Shown in pieces: positions 1 through 11,973 of a stretch of 64,000 bases of DNA (its first letter is position 1; every line of letters starts with the position of its first letter). The notes under the pieces were generated by a model that was not told where the DNA came from, ran no database searches, and saw nothing but the letters and a program-made list of their open reading frames with translations. The DNA comes from Obrimoposthia wandeli (Eukaryota): contig CDROCS010001677.1 in NCBI GenBank assembly GCA_977020255.1, forward strand, positions 310,001-374,000. Reading direction: 5' to 3'. The position numbers were made by a program, and so were the translations under genes.

Positions 1-1078
1 GCATGTGTTCTATGTGTCACAAATTACTTCACAGATATCTCATCGGGGATTTCTCCCCGATGTAGTGGGGTACAACTATCATACTTTTTATGTAACGACT
101 TTCTTAGACAACAAAGATATTTAGCTGACCTGTTTGTCCTTGTGCTGACTTTTGTTATAGGATTGTTTTTTAATATTCACCCCACAAAACCTTCATTTTT
201 CCTGTTGGTATTCTTGATCTTGTAGAGCACTTTCTAAGAACCAAATCGAGTGATAAAATTTCAATTACCTACTTTATATGAAGAATATGTTTGTACAAAC
301 TAATAATAGCTATTTGTAATTTCTGTACCTTTAAGTATACATATTTTTCAATGACTTTTAGATGTAAAATCTCAAACAATACTACAGAAAAATATATATA
401 AGTTTAAACCATATTTGACAATGTCAGTTTAAACTAACACCAAAAATAAAAAAAAAGGCCGTAGATTTGAAGCATTTTGTTTTTTAATCATCTAATTTAG
501 TCCGAAATAACGTAGTTTCTTATTTTTTGTTAGTTTTCATTTGTTTAACTACGTTAATAGCTTATTACCAAGAACATTTCGTCACCATTATGGTTGAATT
601 ATGTTTAAAAATTCCGACTTGGGCAAATATGGGTTAAAGCTGGTACTTATAAATTAGCATTTAGGTGCTAAATTTAATTTGCGAATAGGTCGAGAAATAA
701 AATGCCAATATATATCTAGGTGTGTCATTTTTAGAGATTTTTTCAAAATCATTATCGAACCTACGGTTTCATATGAACTTTTAGGTGTTGATTACAAATA
801 TGACATCAGTATATTGCTACTTAAAAAAACTACTAACTTTTCAAGTTTATAATAATTCGTATTTTGTATCTCGATTATGAACCTAATTATAAAAATATCA
901 TATAACAAATATAAAAAAATTCTACGAAATATATCATGTAAAATTAAAATAAAAAAACAATAATGAATACAATGCATTTATAAAAATTTAATTCTAATGA
1001 AGTCTGGAACCGTTGTCAAAGTATTTTCTAAGTTAATCAAATTTATACAAGAAAACTCTTTCTACCAATTCATTTGTA

Positions 1079-1545
1079 TTAGCACGATGACGAAATCCTT
1101 ATGTAAGACTTGTTGATACCGACTTTTATCGCTTTTACTTTCGATGGATGAACTTTAAAGTTGACAGTCGATGTAGAACAATATACCATACCTTCTAATA
1201 GTTTAATATAATAAACAAGGTCTACTGAGCTATTGAACTGGGCTGTTCTAGCTATGACATCAAACAATTCTAATATATCTATCTTATCTTTAACCCTGTT
1301 TTAATTCCTTTCTTAGTAGCGTTATATGATTGATCTGGCATTTTTTCTATCCCATTGGATACCAAATCAAATATTTTATTTAACGAAATTCCGATGCGAA
1401 TCTGTTGTATGACCTTGACTCGTTCCGACACTTGTTTGTTTGTAGCTAATACCTGCATCGCATTAATCGCTGTTTGGTGGTCAGGCCACAATCGACTACT
1501 CTTGAGATGATTAAATGGCATTTTTATAACCCGAATATTAATCAA
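1079..1545 (-). mobile_element. piggyBac-like transposase relic (C-terminal part)
   Basis: EKMPDQSYNATKKGIKTGLK..YFDVIARTAQF..LVYYIKLLEGMVY resembles the piggyBac motif YNxTKGGVDxxDQ..Y..R.T.RW. Interrupted by a stop. Confidence 0.45.
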
Positions 1546-1863
1546 AGTAAATATCTAAATCATTGATTAATAAAAATCGTTATTTAAAGATTCGAAAAAG
1601 TGTCTTTACTTTTAATAACATTTTTTAATGCACTACTTTAATTCCCAAAAGTTCATATTACCCCGTTGGGTCCATGTTAAAACAGGAAAAAGGACACACC
1701 TTATATATATAATAATGTTCAAGTGCATAGGAAAATTTATTTGAAACAAATTACCAATTGAAAAGGCGTTTAGACTCAGCTCAACTTTCAATTACTTTTA
1801 TTTATTTCGTTTTTGGGTTTCTTCAAAGGAAACCTTTAATCAGAAAAGCAAATCGTCACTCAC

Positions 1864-1968
1864 GGTCTTTCTTGTCGCATGCATACACAATGAGAGCGTC
1901 CACGGGTCCACCAGCGATGTCGCATTCTCCAGGCTGCAAGAAGAAGTCTCTATCAACTTGTGCCAGTT
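1864..1968 (-). CDS. RAPGEF1: C3G-like exon, start of RasGEF N-terminal (REM) domain
   Basis: LAQVDRDFFLQPGECDIAGGPVDALIVYACDKKD; donor gtgagt starting at 1863. The acceptor is ambiguous (three candidate AGs). Confidence 0.7.
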
Positions 1969-2289
1969 CTTTTCAACGATAAATCGATAATTGAAAATAA
2001 CCATAAACCATTCTGACTTTACTATAGTCCAAAGTATTTGATAATATTTTGTTCACATTCTCCTAAAACCGAAAGTTTATTGATTATGGCTGCAACAGCT
2101 TATATGAAATACTTTGCTCTTCATTAAATATGTGACATTTGATCATTGACTGTGTCGAATAATTACATTTATTTCAGGCCAAAAGTATTTTACTGTATTG
2201 AAATATTAAAAAAAACTTTATGCATCAAATATATGATAAAAGAGGACCGTCTAATTTTTTGTTATCCTTATATTTTCAAATTACATTAA

Positions 2290-2720
2290 AGAAACGATCA
2301 AAAAGCCTTCATAGAATCTTGATATTAAATTATGTCCATTCTCACGTATACATCTGACCACAGCTTTGTTTGAAAACTCTTTGCTTTTATAAACCAAGTC
2401 ATAACCTTCCATATATTCTCAATTAGTCTTGTACCAGGACTGTAGGCTGGCCAGTCGAGTTTTACAGCATATATAACATCATTACGTTATAGACATATAT
2501 ACTACTGCTCTATCTTTGTAAATCAGAATATACCTGATTTACTCATCATTCCACAAATCATTTTAGACCCCTTTATAAGGTACTATATATATTTTAATAT
2601 TACGTAACTGCCACCTTTGGAATTTGTCTGGTCCAACTCACAAGAAATGGCAGTCATCAGAAAAAAAACTATATGATCCTATTTCAAAACCCTTTCTTGA
2701 TGTTTTAATTTTTCAGACAA
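2290..2720 (-). mobile_element. Tc1-like (DDxE) transposase relic
   Basis: Decayed IVFSDDCHFL.VGPD, GGSKMICGMMSKSG and LDWPAYSPGTRLIENIW match Tc1 VxFSDE..FNLDGPD, GGxSxMVWG and WPxxSPDLNPIENxW motifs. Confidence 0.7.
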
Positions 2721-3419
2721 TTCAGTGAAAATAATGGATGTTTACATGTTCAAGGAATTTTACAAATGTCATTAGATAAGTTTATTTTAAAATTTAAAAC
2801 GAAAAAGCAAACAAAATGCTTGCGAAAAGCAAATTTTCATTATCAGTAAAAACAATAAAATATGTATAGTATCAAAGTAGGTAAATTTATTTATCACTTC
2901 TAAAAGCATTTAGTATTTTTTGGGGAAATCTGCATTATCTTTGTAACAATAATAATTTTATATATTTTTCAAGGTTTCCTGTTCCACACTAATTTACAAA
3001 ATGTAGTAAAACAAAGTATTTTTATAATAAATATAAGGGTTATCTGAAGAAAAGTTTATTAATTACTCATTTCAATAGTCTTGATACTAATATTTTAAAA
3101 TGTCGGGAGTTTGCAATAAAGTATGATATGACTGCCGTATTCTCTATTTAATTCCCATACAAAAGAGCGGGGCTTCCATATGATAGGGATTTTATATTTA
3201 GATGGTTAATATGTATCCATTGGTCATTGATACATATAACTTGGAAAAAATAATACAAAACAAGTATTTAGGGAACTGCATGACAAACAAGAAAACAAGG
3301 CTAAATTATCTAATAAAATTAACAAAATCCCATAGGTAGATTTTACACGTACTTAGGTATATTTTTAATCCAATAGTTAGTTCAGTATAAATCTTCACTA
3401 TCACATCATTCAACTTAAT

Positions 3420-4400
3420 CCATTTCCTCTCCCTCTGATTCCCTCTCCTCATTGTCATCTTCGTACTCTGCATCTTCTACAGTATGTTGAGTTGACGGAA
3501 CCTTACAAGTTTCTTATGTTAATAGATTTCTGGCTGTATAACAATAAAGACCCTCTTTGAAACATTCAATAGGGTTTTCTTCCGGCCCATCCAGTGGATT
3601 TGTAATTACGCATTGCTTCATCGAGTTTAATATGTAGGAGTCTGGTATACACACACAAGCATCGGGAAGCTATTGAGAAACCATCACTAAAGAAGGTTCG
3701 CGCATGTTGCCTGACTTTGTGTAGGCATGTGGTCCATTCGATATTCATTTTTCATAATATTGACTTATGGTTGTCTGCAAGTGTTTCTTCCCCGACACGC
3801 CTGGCGGTTGGGTTAATCCAGTTCAAACAGCTGGAACAACAGCGGCTAATATTCGTCTTCTGACAGATATGACATCGGAAAGAATCCCATAAAATCCCAT
3901 GTTTGTTGAAACTGAATCTGCAATCACTCTTTAGTAAACTCATCATATATCCACGACTTGTGGGCATTTTCTGAGAGAACTGCAATTCTACGCAGCGTTA
4001 CATTCCCTGTTGTATTTATTGGAATTTCCTGAGCCAATGAAGTTAATTGTTGTAATGGCGATGGGTTCCACCCAATTGATGTTTAATCCATGGAAAAACT
4101 ATCCCAAAGAGATAAATTATTGTGTCAGTCTCAGAAATCTAATTTCCGTTTATTTTCGCACAAGCGTATCATAGTTAAGTTATGCCGAAATAAGAACTTT
4201 TGCGTTTAACCTTCACTAACCGAAATGTTTTGAATCCTACCATCATCCGTATGGTATTACAATTCTTTACCTTGTATTAATTTTCTACCACCTCCAGATA
4301 GTCACACAAAATTAAAATCAAGTTTACTCATTGTAAAGTTGGTCTTATCAAGCAACCATAGAGAATATTGTTTTTCTATTAGTCTGTATGATACATCGAT
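3420..4400 (-). mobile_element. pogo/Tc5-like transposase relic
   Basis: SFSMD*TSIGWNP (cf. FNxDETG), a later TRLLHIKLDEAMRN (cf. TxxLQPLDV), and an acidic C-terminal tail EDAEYEDDNEERESEGEEMD. Many stops. Confidence 0.45.
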
Positions 4401-7400
4401 GTTTATTAATTAACTATTTAACACTTAATTCCCAGATCAGGCTGATGTTAGAGAAATGGTTTATAATGGAAAGAATACGGTATATTCTACATTAGATAAG
4501 CCTTTGAATTATCTTTGTATTCATTATAATTGTAGGTATTAAAAGTAATCTCATTAGAATATGTCACTTATATGTGAATCCTTAAAAGTTATACTGAGAC
4601 TACCTTTTACTAGATAATGGAGCCGCTTTTGTTATGATTGAACTAGATCAAGGGGTAATTTATTTCGTACAAATCAACCTTTCTTATGAAAGCATATTTC
4701 ACTACATAGTGGGAGGTTCTCAAGATATATACAGTTGCAGATTTATGAAAGAAGACTATATACAGACTAGAATTGAAACAAATGTGTGGAAGAGCATTTC
4801 CTAACCATTTTAACTCAGCTGAATTTAGTAATTTCTTTATTTATTTTTCTTTTCAAAATTCGAAATATCTCTAAGTTTGTCTCGATGAAAAGGCACAGAA
4901 TTACGTGCGAAAAGAGAAGAACAAGTAGAATGGATTTAATGTTCACGCCCAACTGTGAAGTTTGTGTCTTTTATACTAGGCTACCTCGAAGCAGTGGATC
5001 TCTACCAATCTTATCAAATTGTTTTCATTTTTCCCAATTACCGGTGACATTCAATATGGGGATGTTTATGCCATTTAATTGTAAATCTAAAGGACTTTGG
5101 AAGATATTCTGTATTGTGTTGTTTAAACAGTGAAATTATTACATTAAACAATCTAGAATTGGATCATAAAAAAACACAGCAGTAATCGAAATGGCTAAAC
5201 AAACATGGCGACATCAAATGCTCGTCTTATCTGATACTTTCCAAGTTTTCTTGATGAATATTTGTTCACCTTTTCTATACGTCAATGCGTTTTCAAATAA
5301 TCGTAGAGAAATGTATGTTTCATTTATAAATTCAGGCCAATTTGAGATTTTTTAAAAGTTTAAAAATTAAAATAAATTTATCGATTGTAAGACTACTTAC
5401 TAACAAGGGAATAGTGCCGTGCTAAATTCTTCAATCTTACTCATATTAATTTTATAATTAAAAAATATTAATGGAAAACTAATCTATGCTTAATATTTTC
5501 TACATGTACATTTGAGAAAAGATTATAAATGATAAAAATTAATTAAACATCCTGTTTTAGGTTTGTAATATTTCAAATTTTAGGCTTATCTAAGTTATTA
5601 ATAAATGTGATTTCAACAAGATTAATTATTACTTAGAGTATTAACATAAATAAACTACTTATTGATTGTATAATATGACGTTGTAAATATGGCATTCCTT
5701 GGGGTTGAAAATGAATATCAAATCTGCATAATGTACAGCAGTAATAATTGAAATAGAAAAATGTTTTTTTTTTCTGACATATTTTCTAGCAAATTTTAAA
5801 TACATTTTATTATTTAAGATAGAATCTAAATTAAACTTAAAGACAAATGAAACAATAGAATATTCAAAAAATCAATTTAATCAATATTTGCTTGGTGTTC
5901 AAAAAAATAGAATAAATAGACGCAAACTCAGTAAACATGAGAAATGTGAACGAAAAAGGGTGGCATTCTAATTATTGTTTAGAAAGATGGGTCTGGGAAA
6001 TAATTAAAAAATTGCAAAAAGTCGGCCAACTTCTTGGTTTGAATATGGAATTTCCTCCACAAATATATCCAAATGAATCAATCGTTCAGTTAATTATTTA
6101 TGGAATATCGTCAGAAATCCTTCCGCCAGGTAAAATTCTAAAGGAAAGAAATCTAACCTAACTGAGAGACAAAAGACGAATACGAAATGTGGCTTCAAAA
6201 CCTGCTTCTAAAAGTGCTAACGCCATGGTCAATGTACTAAATGTTGATGAAACCAGACATAATATCTACAGAACCTTGAGAATGTCGAAAACTAAACAAG
6301 AGAAAATAAAACTGAAGTCCAATTTAACAAGGCATCGTGCTGAAAAACGATCGCATTTTGTAAAATTTATGTCAAACGGATTAGTCTAAAATCGGGGTTT
6401 GCGACAAGAAACGTTGAAACCCACATGGACCAGATTGTGTAAATGATTATTGGAACTATCTCAGGAAAGATACATTAACAATATTAGCTAACCAAGTTGA
6501 TTAAGGATGTTAACGTAAGATTTCCACTTTTGATAACTTGCTTTGATGTCTGACAATATTATTTTAATACATTATTATAAGCATATTTCATATTTTTAAT
6601 TATTTTAAAATACCACAACGTAACTTCTATTGTAATTTTTAGCATGTTTCAGTACCACTAACCTTCGGTTCATCATCGAATATTAGAAAGGGATTGGGGT
6701 TAGATTCTTTGAGTATAAATGACCACTGGTCGCGGGTTTCTGACAGAGAAGATGTTCGGTTGATTCTGGATTGAGAAAAAGGCTGAATTAATGACGAAGA
6801 TGGCGAAACATCTGAGTATTGATGGTTGAAATGGCTTGCAGTAGAATCTCTCCCACCACACGCATATGATTTCCCATGATCTGTCCGAGAGCCCTTGTCG
6901 AACTTATGCATAAATTATCACATTGTTCTGGTTATTACTGAATATATCCTTGGCAAATTTGTTCACCAACAGTAAGAAAATCAAATTGAGTGTTGTTGGA
7001 TTTTGAATTTTTCTAAATCAGGCAAAGATTACGTAATGTAGGCAAATAATGAAATGTGAAAACTTTGATGTGTATGTATGTGAATATTCACGGCTAATTA
7101 TGCATCCGCAGCACTCCGGTAAGCCGAGTCATATGCATTTTAGGCATTAATGTTTAGAAGGCCTCTATTAATGCTTCAGAAAAAGATAATCACTACTTTT
7201 TTATTAGGATATTATTATCCCACTTCAAATTATTTGTTTCGCATAACAAAAGTTATTTCAAATTACACTTTAACTCTTAAAAATCCATTTTTTCGAAACA
7301 ATTATTTATGTATATTGCAGTAACTCCAGTTGGCTAGGTCTCGCATAGAAAATATGCTGTCACTCGAGTATAATTTATCAGCTTGTAATCGTGGGTGACA

Positions 7401-7756
7401 CGATCTCATGGAAAAGTTATGTAGCCTAGAAAATAGCTTATAACGTTTTTAATATACTAACTAGACTTTAAAAAGACTAAAATTCCCATGAAATTTTCTT
7501 TAAAATAAATTCAGTCTATTCAATTTTGGTTTTGACACATGAAAATAATGATATCAATATAGGCAATACTTTTAAAGTGGAATTCAATAGATCAGATATC
7601 AGAAAATGCATTCTTAATTGTTTAATGAGAAAGTTGAATATCACTGAAATGATGCAGTTTCCCACAGGACAACAGAATTACTTGCCCTACATTTGAAACA
7701 ACTAACCCGGGTAATTGTTTAACTCTGTGTGGTGTGTGTATGTTTGAAGGACTCAC

Positions 7757-8118
7757 GAAAAGAAACAGGAGTCGAAGCTGCTGGAGCGATGCAACTCGGT
7801 ATCGTCTTCGGTGGCCAGAGCAGCAGCCCCAGGCTGCACCAGAGGCGAGTTCTTTTGATGCTGGGCTGCTGGAGGCGTATGAGGCTCGGCAATGACCACG
7901 TCTGCTGGCAAGATGGCCAATTCTCCTAAAGAAGAGGACAACGACAGCGCGTCGTCATCCTCCTCTTCATCCGGGAACTGCAAGCACAAGGGGGTGGGTT
8001 CCTCCTCGTCCTCATCCTCTTCTTCATCATCCGTCTCCAGGGCTATCACCTTTGCCACAACAGGCAAGTCTTCATCTTCCGGCATAGGCCCCGGCTCCGT
8101 GACAACCGCAGCAGCGGC
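7757..8118 (-). CDS. RAPGEF1: C3G-like exon (highly acidic)
   Basis: GC-rich ORF AAAVVTEPGPMPEDEDLP...ETDDEEEDEDEEE...SSSFDSCFF. Phase-0 acceptor ggatag (weak) and donor gtgagt (phase 2). Confidence 0.65.
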
Positions 8119-10369
8119 CTCATCCGGTGGTTTCTGTAGTAACAGAATGACGACTAAGATATTTTAGAGAGAGGAAGAGATCGAGACTGCGAGACTGAGA
8201 AATGGGCACAATTCGCACATTCACGCACCTGTGATTTTCATTGTGTGAGCGTGTGCGGTTGCGTCACATCGCCGATAACACAGCAATATAATGTCAGTTG
8301 CGATTGCGTGCTACTTCCTACCAAACGAACAAGGAAAGCAGATGATTACTAATCATTGCCGGTAATTAATTATTCCATGAAAACAATAGGCTGAACCTTG
8401 ATCCTTCGTCTTTATTAGCAGACCTTTAACTTTCCTCATCATGTTTTAGAATACACTGTCCAACACAATATCGAAATTTGATTTCGAAGTGTTTCAAGTC
8501 TCTCCTCAGTCCCTTTCTCGACACCCCTTTGTTTACAGCAGACCCCAGACGTCTGCTGTATTGATGTTCATTTAACTCAATGTTTGCAATGTTTTTGTTG
8601 GAACCCACATCTGGCTAAAAGAGTAGTTATTGAATCTGTGACATTCTTAAGTCTATATCTGGCACATTCTTTGGCATAAATTCCCTTATTGAATGCGGTG
8701 GATGATGGTGCCATAAAATGAGACTTCATATTTCATGCCCAAGTCACTAGGAAAGGGTGCTTTCACCAAGTGTCAAAAATCAGCTCATTTGTATTTGGCT
8801 GGTTAATTTTATGATGAACTTTTCAGACCCTTCAATTCGATCAACAGTAACCTCTTCATCATAGCACTTCAATGTTCTGTACACTGCACTCTCAGAAATA
8901 TCTTGTTCTTTGAAGTTCTGTGGAACAACAAGATGACTCTCATGATATTGGACAGTGATAAATGTTTCATTTTTCATTAAAAAAATTTCAAATTCAGAAA
9001 AACACAAATCGATATTCATTTTTCAACTATACTAATAGCTTTTAGTGGACTTTTTATTTTCCGTTAAATTACCAGTGTGTTTGAAAATTGTGTAGAGCGG
9101 TTCGAATTTCTAAAGCTTGATAAAGGCTAAAATATCGCAATTAAGACTAGTTAGATGTATTTAAATTGAACCGAAATTTCTCCCCCTCCACAATTATTCC
9201 TGAGCGCTGACCACTCAATTCCGGTAGCGCCTGAGAATCACTAAATCACCGATGTCAATGGGACTACACGACACTAATCTGGGATTGAGGAGATAAATCA
9301 GAGACTGAGAGAAATGATGAATTACCGGGATGGACTGACCTAATTGACTTGCCCCCTGTTATCACGGCACAGACATCTTCCTGAGACCCCTGGGCTGGTA
9401 ACTGCTAACCATGTTTGAACGCCCTAAATTGTGTATTCAAGACCCTCGAATGCTTTTCATCAAAAGCCAGACAAATGCTTTAATAAATTATCGGAAGTTT
9501 ATCAAAGCAAGGCTTAATAGGAATGGCTTCTTTTTTGGACGCTCGGAATTGAAGGAAATATTTTATGAATATATTATTAAATATTATTCTGCCCATTTTT
9601 GCAAAATGTTAATTCATTTCAATTTTACTGGGTAAAATTAGCATCCAGTCAGAATAGTTTTGTTTTTACTTGCTTATGATATAAGTATGAATTCTGTGTT
9701 AATTTATCCTTTGTTGATTATTTATTTAATTTTTAATACTAATAAGTTCCTAATAACATATTTGTATAACGTTATAACACAAATAATTTTTTTTTGTTTT
9801 TTAACGAAATAACGTAACGAAAACATTTTATGAGTTTTTTTTCGTTTTCCATCTTTGATATAAATATATTGCAATCTATAAATGTCTTTAAATAAAAAAT
9901 ATAGAAACCGTAATGTCTCAACCTGACATAACGATATTATCCGACAAAGCCCTGCAATGATTTCGATATATAAATGTATATTTGATACCAAGTAGAGTAT
10001 ATTTTGTTATTTGAATTTCTTTGCTATCAAATCAGTATATTAAGAAAAACTTTAGAACTTGAAACATATGAAAATGTCCAAAGCTTTTTGCATAGCTAAT
10101 TTAATTTGGATTTATTCAAAAAGTAACCTTTGTTAAATCGGTAAAATTTATTATAAGACAGATAATTTTATGTATTATCTTAATTTTAATATTCAATAAT
10201 AGAATGAACTTTTACGATCAAACTATTTCTGAATCAGGTCTAATTGTGCATATATAGTTTTACACTTTTTTCATTATCAGAATCATTATTGTAGAATGGA
10301 GACCTATGAAAGTCTTATTTAGATGAAATTATAGCTCGGTTTTGAACTAAATTCTGCTTTTTAAAAAAG

Positions 10370-10650
10370 CTAAATACGTTAAACTTAAATGATGTATCTG
10401 CACATGAAGATGTTTCATCAGATAATCTTTGGTGATTTGGTGATGACAAAAAGTCAATAATTGTCGATGCCTGCTGAAACTTCGTTCTATACTTGCAGTA
10501 CTCAATGCAACAAATTTCATTCCGAGAATTTCAGTGGGTTAGGGTTGTGGACGCCATGATTGAGTTGCTGAATGGCATTGTAACACATGAGCCATCTAGC
10601 AATATATTTGGTTTTTCTTGATCATAACCCATTCAAATTGGGATGCGTAT
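10370..10650 (-). mobile_element. hAT transposase relic (dimerisation domain)
   Basis: FVALSTASIERSFSRHRQLLT matches the hAT C-terminal ERxFS motif. Confidence 0.65.
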
Positions 10651-11746
10651 TTTAAAGATTCATCTATATGCACTAAATAAAACTTCATTTTAAAAAGTTT
10701 CATTATTTAAACCTTTTTTGTAAATTTTAAATCGCTTTCATTGTTACAAGCATGAGTTAAGTATTTAAGATTCAATCATCTAAGTCACTTAATTGGCACT
10801 GGCGTATTATTAAAGATTTTCTAGACATCGGCATTTCATAATCGATATTCGAAAAATTATTTCCATAATAATCTACTTCCAATATAGAAATTATAGCGAT
10901 CATTCAATTAAATTCCCAAAAAACATATCCATAAATGTTTTTTCGAAAGAAGGTTTGTCGTAATCAACTTGTAAAACTACGCCTAAATATTATTTTCATT
11001 AGAGGGAACATTTTCCAGTCGTTTGTAACGCCGTGTTTAAATTTAAATCAACTAAAAGCTTGGACGGCTGTAGCTTAGGCTTGTAACTTATTCTTAATCG
11101 TAAAGGTTAATAGAAGCTGCGTTCAGAATATATGTGACAAGACTATCGAATGTTAAAAGCAAGTAAACACAGACTGATGGGAATTGTCGGAAATTGTCTA
11201 AGAAACAATACAGACAATCCAATTCTACAGCCGTACATGATAATCGCGATTTGCCAAGTGTCAGACGGGATAATCTTCTGTTGACTTCATCTTCTTTTCT
11301 TTATCAATGTCGCATATTAATTCTAGTGGACAAGAGTGCACTGTCTGTGAGAGCGGTGATTCACAGATCATGCCCGTATCATTCAGCCCACACGAATATC
11401 GCTGGCAGAAGTCGCCACCAAATCATCAATCAAGAAGCCGATGTGCCTCAATTCCATTTACCAAACCCTGATTGCAAATGTGCCCAAGGCACGGTCATTT
11501 ATAGCAGAAATTTAATTAGAGAGTCCAACCAAATTCATGTATATGCAGTACCAAGTTCACAGTGATTTGTAAGCGTAATCTGATAAGAAGTATTGTAAAA
11601 GAGAAATTGAAAATAGACAAATATCTCTGAGAAACCCCCGTTGTGATCAGATCTTTTCTTACGCTTATAACTTTAAAAATATTTACATTTATTTAATACA
11701 ATATCTAAATAATCTTTTTTGTTTAAGTATAATAAAGCCCCTTTAA

Positions 11747-11973
11747 CCCTCAGCCTGCCAACGTTTGACATAACCTATTCAAGCCAACGTGTGATTTTAA
11801 GAATCACACCTTAATTTATGTATTTTTCATTGTTTTAGTCAGTTAAATGTAAGAATCACACCTTAATTTATGTATTTTTCATGTATGGATATACAATTCG
11901 TAGTTCAACTTATCAAGTAATTGTTAATAATTTGAAGTGTGATTTTTAAAATCACACGTTGGCAGGCTGAGGG
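11747..11973. mobile_element. piggyBac-type MITE (227 bp)
   Basis: TTAA on both sides (11743-11746, 11974-11977). Perfect 17-bp TIR CCCTCAGCCTGCCAACG / CGTTGGCAGGCTGAGGG. Internal direct repeat taagaatcacaccttaatttatgtatttttcat x2. No ORF. Confidence 0.9.

Noticed and set aside
2000-2130. hAT-like CxxH motif (FHISCCSHN)
   Set aside because: Too short and unsupported by neighbouring motifs.
5937-6450. Possible LINE RT relic (RGLRQ)
   Set aside because: A single weak motif, with no YADD or other RT motifs found.
7892-8167. Plus-strand poly-Ser ORF (also 15013-15321, 14511-14784 and 22837-23241)
   Set aside because: Antisense shadows of GC-rich minus-strand exons that have proper splice sites.
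11194-11565. 123-aa plus-strand ORF and a possible minus-strand exon in the same GC-richer island
   Set aside because: No recognisable domain; the minus-strand frame ends in a stop and is not needed for the exon chain.
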